DNA of 64,000 bases from Basidiobolus meristosporus CBS 931.73 (lineage: Eukaryota > Fungi > Basidiobolomycota), in the NCBI GenBank assembly GCA_002104905.1, contig MCFE01000150.1, positions 89,306-153,305 of the forward strand, written 5' to 3'. The position numbers and the translations under genes are program-made. Below are positions 52,182 to 61,346 of this stretch, piece by piece (positions within the stretch are counted from its first letter, which is position 1; every line of letters begins with the position of its first letter). The notes beneath the pieces are model-generated. The model did not search any database and was not told the DNA's origin. It saw nothing but the letters and a program-made list of their open reading frames with translations.

Positions 52182-53033
52182 TGTGTAGCTGGTGTTTCTC
52201 TAATAAATTATGTTTATCTCTAAACCTCGAGGTGTTTCCGAGTCCCGGCCACTAACCTACCTCATCGATTCACTCTGACTCAACAGCACTGATGTTCCTG
52301 TTCTCATTTGCAACGTCCATCTCACACCTCAACTCGTATATCCTGCATTTCCTTTGACGAACTCATGCCCATTCTTCTTTCTCTGCAGGCCAAGTTGCCC
52401 GATTTGTAGTACCTTGAGATTGGGGGATGTCATACAAAGGTACAAAAAATGCATACAACCCGCAACACTTGCCATAATTATCCATTGCTGATTAATGCTG
52501 GCTGTATATACGTTGATGATCCATTTTGACAATACCGTCTGAACTCGCTTGATATGATTTGATACTGAATGAGTAAGTTAAGCCGAGTAGCTGCATCGGG
52601 CTGTGTTTGCCATCGCTGTTGACTCTGTCACATACGTAGCTGGTAGTTGTGCGCAGCATGGTTTTTGAGGTGGTGTGCCATTATGTTAGCTGCTGGGTCA
52701 GACTGGAAATCAGTACTTCGCGACAGTACATCGTCCACACAATAGAGAGCCTACCTTTGACCATCAATGCTTCAGTTAGCGTGGCTACTGTGCGATCGTC
52801 CAATAATGGGATTTTGGTGCGTTAGTCTCATTAGCGGGATAGATAAACCCAGATAACCTGCCACCATTCAATGCATGTCTGACAAATCCCAGAATGATAT
52901 TAGCCAATGGTCAAGAACAGCGATTACATCAACGATGCTCCATTGGTTCTTTGATTACTGGAGGCCATTATAAAAATCCCCAAACCAGAAAGTCAACTTA
53001 GTAGTTCATTTCTTTACCATTCAACCGGAGAGC

Positions 53034-53537
53034 ATGGCACAATCAGAAGAGGAATGGAGAACTGTTTTGTCCCCAGAACAGTTCCGCGTTTTGAGAGAGA
53101 AAGGGACCGAGCCTCCCTTCACCGGGGAATACGACAAACATTATGAACCAGGTATTTGTTACTCCTCCTTACCTACCGACCTGCTTACTTAATCCGCATT
53201 TAGGAGTTTACTGCTGTGCCGGGTGTAATGCCCCTCTTTATAAATCGGACACCAAGTTCAAATCAGGCTGCGGCTGGCCTGCATTCTTTGATGCAATTCC
53301 AGGTAGATCTTACACCCACCTTTTGTAGTCCAGGTAAAATACTGACAGGATGTAGGGGCCATTGAGCGGCACGAAGACCATTCTTTCGGTAGAACCCGTA
53401 CAGAGATTGTGTGCAAGGCTTGTGGAGGCCACCTTGGTCACGTATTCAAGGGTGAAGGATTCCCTAATCCTACTGACGAACGCCACTGCGTTAATAGTAT
53501 CAGCTTGAAATTCAACGAGGGAGACAATAAGTTATGA
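53034..53537 (+). CDS. msrB: Peptide methionine-R-sulfoxide reductase B
   Basis: Exons 53034-53151, 53204-53302 and 53356-53537 total 399 nt. Motifs [48 protein letters not shown]. Confidence 0.95.
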
Positions 53538-54292
53538 TCAGAGACAAAGCTATCAGTTTGTAACACACGAGTCTTTTCCACATTGCTTTTTCAACTGAAT
53601 AAATATTACAAGGAATTCGAAGGCTTTGCACTTGCTTCTGTGCACGTCCAGTTATCAAAAGTAGCTGTTGGGAATGCGTTCAGGAGGTGCGTAATGGCCC
53701 AATTTAGGAAAGAGGGACACCTAATTCATGACAATCGGCAGCTTCCCCAACCCCAGGTGTGATCTCAACCAGCAGTAGTGGGATTCTCCCATAAATGCCA
53801 CCATTGATGCGTGATCAAGATTGTTTAGAATAAAATCACTAAAATTAACTTTCACTCTGGTAGGCAATCTTGATTATCAGCACCAAGATGCCCCCTATTC
53901 ATCCATGCTGAACAGAACCGAATATCTTGGTGATCAACGATAAGATAGCACTACTGCACTGTGTATGAATGCATACCAAGGCATTGAGCTATGGTAAATA
54001 AAGAAGTAAACAAACCTCCTCGGTATAGCCCAGTACCTTCCTGGAGACTAAACACATCTCTGTCTCAGGATCGAAGCCAAGGGTCCCTGACATACGGGTG
54101 GAGTTACGAGTATTAATTTACTAATTCTAAGCAGTGTAGTAACCAAGAGGTTACGGAAGATTAGAAAAAACAAGTATCTTGTGACACAGATCGCTAGTGC
54201 AAGGACACGCTGATGCATTAGTCCTTGCTACTAGAAAGGAGGGATTCTTAGTATATCCAGACCCCGCAGTGATTGTTCCACCCTTTCCGCCA

Positions 54293-54680
54293 TTAATAGA
54301 TAAATTTGACAAACGATGCCAGTTCCTGGTCGTTGCGGAATCTTTCCAAGTATTCCGTCTCTACAGTAACACAGGCGTCAATTCCCCTGCCTTGCTTTTG
54401 TAGCGGCGGCATATCGAATATGCAAATCATCCCAACAACAAAGGATGCTTCCCGCCGACAACATACAGGAGCTCCGTCGCCGAAATCAGTGGTGTAATAG
54501 CCAAACTTCGACCAGTCAGTGGCTACGCAGTCCGCATCTACCAACCACTCGGGTATTATTTGTGGCAGAGGCGCACCGTTGTCGGGATACAAATGATTGA
54601 TCCAGGATTCCTTGGGCTCATATCTGCCTGTAAGGACGGCCTGGCGCATCCTCAAAGCCACACTTCCGAGTGTTCCGTTC
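54293..54680 (-). pseudogene. 3' remnant of a transferase-family (BAHD/DFGWG-like) acyltransferase, 5' part lost at the retroelement junction
   Basis: LGSVALRMRQAV..DWSKFGYYTTDFGDGAP..GIDACVTV..LERFRNDQEL*. The reading frame runs straight into TTAGGGGGGGGG at 54681. Confidence 0.75.
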
Positions 54681-55652
54681 TTAGGGGGGGGGATGATAAT
54701 CACCACAGGGTGAAATCTTTATTTAAATTGTAAATAAAGAAGCCAAGTTTGAATATGAATATCTGAGATGCAGTTAGCCTACAAGATAAACCTGGACTTT
54801 GCTGTATCCCAAATATCCTCAATATCAAAGTTTAGAGGAGAATGTAGCAAAACTGCTTGTTCACTGTAGTATTTCTTGAGGAAGTTTGTGACTTGAAGGG
54901 AAGGAGAGTTCTTCAACAAGCTGGTAAACCTTTTGAGGAGGTCTTTTTCCAGAGAGAATGGTACAAAGAGTGGAATGTCTAAATGATGTCTGAATATATT
55001 CTCTGAGAGCTCCCAATCCAGCATATTTTTGACTTCTTCTGTAATATCTTCAACAATATCTTTGTCAAGAATGACTTCCAAGTGATCCCTGGAAATGTAC
55101 TGAATGCTAATAATCCTAGGCATATGAATACCTAGGTCCTTGAGGTAGTTTCTTTGTTCTGAAATTGGAAGATAGCCAGCATTTCTGAAATAGCAAACAG
55201 CCCAATTGGAAGTGGGAGGAGTATCAGGGCTGACAGGGAATATTCTTCTGGCTTTAGGGTGCACTGGCTTAGGTGACTGTCTTGTTGGAAGGGCAGCTGG
55301 CTTTGGATGCGCTTGAAGTGCTTGGGAGTATGTCTGAGTATGAATGGCAGGAGTTGCTGGTTGCTGATAGTGCTCAGATTGACTGGAAGAAGTGCTGGTT
55401 GAGGGGTTGCAAGGTAAGGAAGAAGCTGAAAGAGAAGTAGAGAGTGCTGTGTGAAGATCAGAGAGAGTTTTGAAAAGAACCTAGATCTGAGATTTCAACA
55501 TTGAGTTTTCAGCTTCCAGAAGAGAAACTCTTTGTTCAAGATAAGAAGTCTGTAAAGAGTGAAAGTTGGGTAAAGACATGGAAGAAGTAGATAATAAGAA
55601 GAAAGGAGTAGTTGGGGTAGGAGGGTGAGAAAATAGTTAAGAAGAAAAGAGA
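54681..55652 (-). mobile_element. ORF1-only non-autonomous telomeric retroelement (~970 bp)
   Basis: Has the 3' motif shared with the LINE and SINE, a 73-nt pyrimidine-rich 5' UTR, and (GGGTTA) repeats at its 5' end. No RT sequence. Confidence 0.8.
54779..55579 (-). pseudogene. ORF1-like protein (266 codons, one in-frame TAG at 55481-55483)
   Basis: Translated by hand from ATG 55579: coiled coil LEQRVSLLEAENSMLKSQI, TYSQAL motif, then W.V.Y...PIS..R..LK...I...RI...LEVILD, which aligns with LINE ORF1 (61347-62327). Confidence 0.75.
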
Positions 55653-55668
55653 GGGTTAGGGTTAGGGG
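55653..55668 (+). repeat. Interstitial telomere-repeat remnant
   Basis: GGGTTAGGGTTAGGGG. Confidence 0.85.
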
Positions 55669-56091
55669 TCTAAATTCTTTTATTGAATCTGATCAAGTAT
55701 AGTAATACCATTTCAACTTGATTCAAGTTGAGTAGTGCAAATTGTACAAAGAAAATATATTTATGGTAATGTGAAGGTAAATATACTGCTTAAGTTGAGT
55801 TGAGTTCTGAAAAGAAATTTGTCAATAAATTAGGCTAGAAATGAAGTAAAGATGGGAGTTATTTGAAAGCAAAGCACCAAGGGAAAGTGTAGAGCTATAC
55901 TACCACTTCCTGGAAGGCAGGGATGTCACAGGAAGGCAGAAGCTCAGGTCTAATTGCAGATATGATAGCAGAAAGTCTCTGGATGAGCTCCCTTTGTTTG
56001 TGAAATTGGAACAAAGATTGGGTATCTTTGAACCCAAAGCAGCTCTCTACATGAGAGAAGTAAAAATACCTGCTACAGTAGGGGCACTTGG
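55669..56091 (-). mobile_element. 3' fragment of a second LINE family with a C-terminal CCHC finger
   Basis: Minus frame 56089-55895 reads KCPYCSRYFYFSHVESC...VVV*. A 3' UTR with AATAAAA abuts the telomere remnant; the 5' side is cut by a copia LTR. Confidence 0.6.
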
Positions 56092-56336
56092 TGTTGTAAG
56101 AGTCTTGGAGATATTGGAAGTGATTGGGAGGACAAGTAGATTATGTGGTTTTCACTTAATGATTTATTGAATGTAAAAGTGGTATTTATACTTTTACCTG
56201 GTCCTGGCATTGCAAACACGTAGAATAGGTTAAGGAAGGTCCCAAGAACATGTGTGCAAAGTTTGGGGCTGTTTGGTCAACTTTGAGATATTTCATGTTC
56301 TGGGCACCTGATGTTTTGGTGAATATATTCCAAGTA
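56092..56336 (-). mobile_element. Partial copia LTR (3' ~245 bp)
   Basis: TGTTGTAAGAGTCTTGGAGATATTGG... is the reverse complement of the 24273-24620 LTR 3' portion. Confidence 0.9.
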
Positions 56337-56470
56337 GTTTCTGAAATCTAATTGATGGAAAACAAGGTCACGACTCAGTGCTTTTAATAAGCACAGCTAT
56401 CATCCTCCTACGTGGAGTAGCCAAACTGTGGTATTCATACGATTACTACTCCTTCTGATTTGGTTTCACC

Positions 56471-56995
56471 TTAGGGGGAGGAAAGTCACCAAGTGGTGAA
56501 ATCTTTATTTACTTATGACAAGTATCTAAAGAAGCCATGTTAATCTGAAGTAATTCCTAGAAAGCTAGGTCTGAGAGATATCTTCCTGGTAAGCCAGGTC
56601 TGAGAGTTGAGAAGCTGAGTGGTACTATATTTCCTAGTTAGCTAGGTCTGAGAGAGGTTTCCTGGAAAGCCAGGCCTGAGAAGTGAGAATCTGAATATAT
56701 CTGAGCCAAGTTATACTGGTTTGCGGTAGCTGAATTGTGGCCAGAATAGCCAGTAGACTGGGGGAGCTGAGATGAATATCTGGGAGATCACTGGCCAAAT
56801 TTACTAGGCAAATCTGGCCAACTAGCATTTCAAGGATTTCAGCCAATCAGAGCCTTTACTTTGCCCGATGGTTGATCAAGCCATCTCCCAATGAGCACAC
56901 ATCAATTTTATTAATCAAATTTTTGCTGGATCTAGGATTTGAACCCACAACCATGGGTATGGAAGGGTTAGGGATAACCACAAGGCTAAGTGTTC
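56471..56995 (-). mobile_element. tRNA-derived SINE with a LINE-type 3' end
   Basis: A box TAGCCTTGTGGTT (56988-56976) and B box GGTTCAAATCC (56945-56935) at tRNA spacing. No T4 terminator in the transcript strand. The 3' motif is shared with the LINE. Confidence 0.8.
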
Positions 56996-56999
56996 TTGG

Positions 57000-58480
57000 T
57001 TAGGGGGGGAGACAGTCACCAACAGGTGAAATCTTTATTGCAGTTGAAACAAAGAAGCCAGCGCTACTGTTGTAGCTTTGATACAAGAGTGTGTAGCTGA
57101 GGGGAATTTGTAGGTAAGTTAATAAGAAGTGATGATAGCTCTTCAGTGCTCAAGACACTGTTCAGTGGGAAGGGGGGTAGCAAGAGAGGTAAGAATGACT
57201 TGTGAACAACATTAATGAGGGGAATGTGATAAGGATTGATATTCATCATAAATGGAGTGTGCTGCTGCAGATATTGCTGCCAAAGGTCTGTCAAGTACTT
57301 CAGGTAGGCCAGCTTGGGTTTTTCTGACTGCAGAATAAAGTGAGCAAACTTCTTGACTTCAGGATCTCCAAGTATAGTTCTCCAGCAGGAGCCAGGTGTT
57401 GTGTGGTGAGTTCTCTTCCAGGCCTTAATCAGTGGGTTGTTGCAGTTGTGAAGTCTGAGGTATAATCTGGTTCTAAGGTAGAGAAGTCTGATCTTATAGG
57501 GCATAAACCCAAAAGCACCAAGAATAGCATGTCTGTAGGGGCATTCAGGCAAATGAGGCACCAAGGAGGTAATGCACCATACTGCAAACTTGTCAAGCTT
57601 AGTGCAGTCTCTAGAAGTAAGAGAGAGAAGTGGTAAGCCAAATTCTAGGACAGGGAAGACAAACTGCTTGAGTAGAAGGAGGCAGCTGGGAGCTGAAGTT
57701 GTAGGAGGAGTAACAGCCAACAGCTTGTGGAGTGCCTGTCTTGCAAGGATAATTCTCTTCTTCAGGTGTGCTCCAGAGTCTAGTCCAGTAGGAAGGAAAG
57801 GAAAGCCAAGATATGTAGCAGAAACCTGAGCAGGTAGAGTGGAGTTCTCCAAGCTGATGGGAGAGCCCAAAGGTACTGTCTTTGCAATGGAAAGCTGGAG
57901 ATTATTCTTCTGCAGATACTGGTGGATGGTCTGGGAGTCTTGTTGCACATTGGAGGAGGATATTCTGATGTCATCAGCAAAGAGAGTAACCAGGCAGTCA
58001 GCTGAGAGTCTTGGGAAATCATTCAGGAAGATGGCAAACAGTATAGGACCAAGCACAGAGCCTTGAACCACTCCATTAGGAACTGAGAACACAGCTGATT
58101 GCTCACTTGGGTGCAGAATTCTTGCTTGTGGATCCAGAAACAGAGACCTGACAAGGGGGGTGAGAGAGGTACTGGAGAAGCATTGCAACTTGGACCAAAG
58201 CAGATTTCTGTCAACTGAATCAAAGGCCTTAGTAATATCAAACAGAACTGAGGGATACTTGCACTGGAGAGAGTGATCTTGGCTAAGTATGACTGCATAT
58301 TCCAAGGAGAGGCCAGGAACAAAGCCAAACTGTGCAGGATGAAACTTGAGGGAGTCAGAGTAGAGCTCCTGAGCAAGCAGAAGCTCAAACACCTTTCTGC
58401 AGGTGGGCAGCAGAGATATTGGCCTGTAGGAGCTAGGATCCAGGTGCTTTCCTTTACCCTTGTACAGTGGCAGAACATTT
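57000..58480 (-). mobile_element. 5'-truncated copy of the telomeric APE-RT LINE
   Basis: Nearly identical to 58515-59994. The RT frame is open from VLPLYKGKG to the stop at 57064. Confidence 0.95.
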
Positions 58481-58520
58481 AGGGTAGGGTAGGGTTTAGG
58501 GTTAGGGTTAGGGTTTAGGG
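58478..58520 (+). repeat. Degenerate telomere-repeat spacer
   Basis: TTTAGGG-TAGGG-TAGGG-TTTAGGG-TTAGGG-TTAGGG-TTTAGGG. Confidence 0.9.
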
Positions 58521-58577
58521 GGGAGACAGTCACCAACAGGTGAAATCTTTATTTCAGTTGAAACAAAGAAGCCAGCG

Positions 58578-61346
58578 CTACTGTTGTAGCTTTGATACAA
58601 GAGTGTGTAGCTGAGGGGAATTTGTAGGTAAGTTAATAAGAAGTGATGATAGTTCTTCAGTGCTCAAGACACTGTTCAGTGGGAAGGGGGGTAGCAAGAG
58701 AGGTAAGAATGACTTGTGAACAACATTAATGAGGGGAATGTGATAAGGATTGATATTCATCATAAAGGGAGTGTGCTGCTGCAGATATTGCTGCCAAAGG
58801 TCTGTCAAGTACTTCAGGTAGGCCAGCTTGGGTTTTTCTGACTGCAGAATATAGTGAGCAAACTTCTTGACTTCAGGATCTCCAAGTATAGTTCTCCAGC
58901 AGGAGCCAGGTGTTGTGTGGTGTGTTCTCTTCCAGGCCTTAATCAGTGGGTTGTTGCAGTGGTGAAGTCTGAGATATAATCTGGTTCTAAGGTAGAGAAG
59001 TCTGATCTTATAGGGCATAAACCCAAAAGCACCAAGAATAGCATGTCTGTAGGGGCATTCAGGCAAATGAGGCACCAAGGAGGTAATGCACCATACTGCA
59101 AACTTGTCAAGCTTAGTGCAGTCTCTAGAAGTAAGAGAGAGAAGTGGTAAGCCAAATTCCAGTACAGGGAAGACAAACTGCTTGAGTAGAAGAAGGCAGC
59201 TGGGAGCTGAAGTTGTAGGAGGAGTAACAGCCAGTAGCTTGTGGAGTGCCTGTCTTGCCAGGATAATTCTCTTCTTCAGGTGTGCTCCAGAGTCTAGTCC
59301 AGTAGGAAGGAAAGGAAAGCCAAGATATGTAGCAGAAACCTGAGCAGGTAGAGAGGAGTTCTCTAAGGTGATGGGAGAGCCCAAAGGTACTGTCTTTGCA
59401 ATGGAAAGCTGGAGATTATTCTTCTGCAGATACTGGTGGATGGTCTGGGAGTCTTGTTGCACATTGGAGGAGGATATTCTGATGTCATCAGCAAAGAGAG
59501 TAACCAGGCAGTCAGCTGAGAGTCTTGGGAAATCATTCAGGAAGATGGCAAACAGTATAGGACCAAGCACAGAGCCTTGAACCACTCCATTAGGAACTGA
59601 GAACACAGCTGATTGCTCACTTGGGTGCAGAATTCTTGCTTGTGGATCCAGAAACAGGGACCTGACAAGGAGGGTGAGAGAGGTACTGGAGAAGCATTGC
59701 AACTTGGACCAAAGCAGATTTCTGTCAACTGAATCAAAGGCCTTAGTAATATCAAACAGAACTGAGGGATACTTGCACTGGAGAGAGTGATCTTGGCTAA
59801 GTATGACTGCATATTCCAAGGAGAGGCCAGGAACAAAGCCAAACTGTGCAGGATGAAACTTGAGGGAGTCAGAGTAGAGCTCCTGAGCAAGCAGAAGCTC
59901 AAACACCTTTCTGCAGGTGGGCAGCAGAGATATTGGCCTGTAGGAGCTAGGATCCAGGTGCTTTCCTTTACCCTTGTACAGTGGCAGAACATTTGCAAAG
60001 GACCATTCCTCAGGAGTAGAAAGCTGGGCTGAGCATTGCTGAAACAGTGGAAGCAGAAGTGCAGACATGGCCTTGGTACTAGTCTTCAGAAGCTCATAGG
60101 AGATTGTGTCCACACCTGGAGCAGTAGAGTTGGGAAGCCTCTTGAGCACATTATGGATTCTCCTTTGATCAAGTGCAAGTGGGATGGGCAGAGTCTTGAA
60201 GTCAGGATGAAAGCCAGGAGTTGAGTACTGCTTTGTAGAGAAGAAGATGTTAGCCAGCTGTTCTGTTGAAGGTAACTTCCTGGAAGAGGGCCTCATTGCC
60301 CAGTAGAGTCTTGATACTGTTCTTGTTATAGAGTTGGAAGATTGCAGAGGCAAGGAACTCATAATATGATCCCAGAGCTGAGTATGCAGAGTGTGGTGAA
60401 TTGCCTTGGAGTGGTGTATTGCTGTCAGGAGGAGTTTCTCTGTTTTTGGGTTAGGGAAACTCAGGTAGCTTTGTTGCAGGGCTGAAACAATGGATTCCCA
60501 TTTTCTTGAGGTAACAGCAGTAGTCTTGCATGGCAGTGAGAGGGAGGCAGACACCAGAATCAGATGCTTCACAAAGAGCCAGGCATAGTTGAGATCATCT
60601 GGCAGAGAAAGTAGCAAACTGGCAAGCTTCAAGTAGTTCCCAAAGTCTTTCTTCTGATTCTTGGTAGCTTTGTGGGTGAGCACAGTAAGTTTTGGCAGCT
60701 TCTTCTTCACAACTGGTTGCATAGAAAGGGACCAGGCTGGGTGGTCAGAGGCTCTCAAGGATCCTAGCTCAGCTCCAGAGAATTGCTTGACTTCATCCAC
60801 AAAGTAGAGGGCAGCAGCAGAAGGGCAGATCCAGTCAACACATCTTTTCTCAGATTGAGCACCTAGTGCTAGCAGATGGCTTTCTCTCAGGAAGTTCAGT
60901 AGGAATGTAGACCTTGGCTTCATTCTTGCAGTCAGAGTAGTCTTGTTCTCAGGATGGGGAATGTTGAGATCTCCAAGCAAGATAATAGGTGTTGATATAG
61001 ATTGCTGGTATTGCTGAACTTTCTGGCATATAACTTGCACTTCCTGAAGGGCAAGACTTGGAGGCAGATAGCAGAGCACCAGACTGATAGTTGGCAACTG
61101 GAGAGCAGCACAGTAAGGGGAGTAAAGAGGAACACAGAGCTGAGGAGTATTGATGGTAGAAGAGATGAAGCAGATAGAGGAGGTATTCTTTGTTCTAGGA
61201 GTAGAAAAGCAATATAGATTAGTCAAAAGTATAGAGGGTAGCTGGACATCAATCAAACACAGGAGGGAAAATCTTGAAAGAAGTCTCTCTAGAGTTGGTC
61301 TTGATGGCTGTATGCTGTTGCAGTTAAGCAACAGAACTTCAGGTAG
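58578..61346 (-). CDS. LINE ORF2: AP-type endonuclease plus reverse transcriptase, no AUG of its own
   Basis: APE motifs LNCNS, YLPP, GDLN, VDWI, SDH. RT motifs APGVDTI, YRPISLL, QFGF, FDITKAFDSV, GVVQGSVLGPILF, FADD, YLG. No RNase H or CCHC seen. Confidence 0.92.
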   Translation of the reverse strand, partial: LPEVLLLNCNSIQPSRPTLERLLSRFSLLCLIDVQLPSILLTNLYCFSTPRTKNTSSICFISSTINTPQLCVPLYSPYCAALQLPTISLVLCYLPPSLALQEVQVICQKVQQYQQSISTPIILLGDLNIPHPENKTTLTARMKPRSTFLLNFLRESHLLALGAQSEKRCVDWICPSAAALYFVDEVKQFSGAELGSLRASDHPAWSLSMQPVVKKKLPKLTVLTHKATKNQKKDFGNYLKLASLLLSLPDDLNYAWLFVKHLILVSASLSLPCKTTAVTSRKWESIVSALQQSYLSFPNPKTEKLLLTAIHHSKAIHHTLHTQLWDHIMSSLPLQSSNSITRTVSRLYWAMRPSSRKLPSTEQLANIFFSTKQYSTPGFHPDFKTLPIPLALDQRRIHNVLKRLPNSTAPGVDTISYELLKTSTKAMSALLLPLFQQCSAQLSTPEEWSFANVLPLYKGKGKHLDPSSYRPISLLPTCRKVFELLLAQELYSDSLKFHPAQFGFVPGLSLEYAVILSQDHSLQCKYPSVLFDITKAFDSVDRNLLWSKLQCFSSTSLTLLVRSLFLDPQARILHPSEQSAVFSVPNGVVQGSVLGPILFAIFLNDFPRLSADCLVTLFADDIRISSSNVQQDSQTIHQYLQKNNLQLSIAKTVPLGSPITLENSSLPAQVSATYLGFPFLPTGLDSGAHLKKRIILARQALHKLLAVTPPTTSAPSCLLLLKQFVFPVLEFGLPLLSLTSRDCTKLDKFAVWCITSLVPHLPECPYRHAILGAFGFMPYKIRLLYLRTRLYLRLHHCNNPLIKAWKRTHHTTPGSCWRTILGDPEVKKFAHYILQSEKPKLAYLKYLTDLWQQYLQQHTPFMMNINPYHIPLINVVHKSFLPLLLPPFPLNSVLSTEELSSLLINLPTNSPQLHTLVSKLQQ

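Noticed and set aside
56554-56700. Hammerhead ribozyme in the SINE hairpins
   Set aside because: CTGAGAG does not fit the CUGANGA core, and no correctly placed GAAA is present.
56925-56995. Functional tRNA gene
   Set aside because: The acceptor, D and anticodon stems do not pair and there is no downstream T-run. Kept only as a SINE head.
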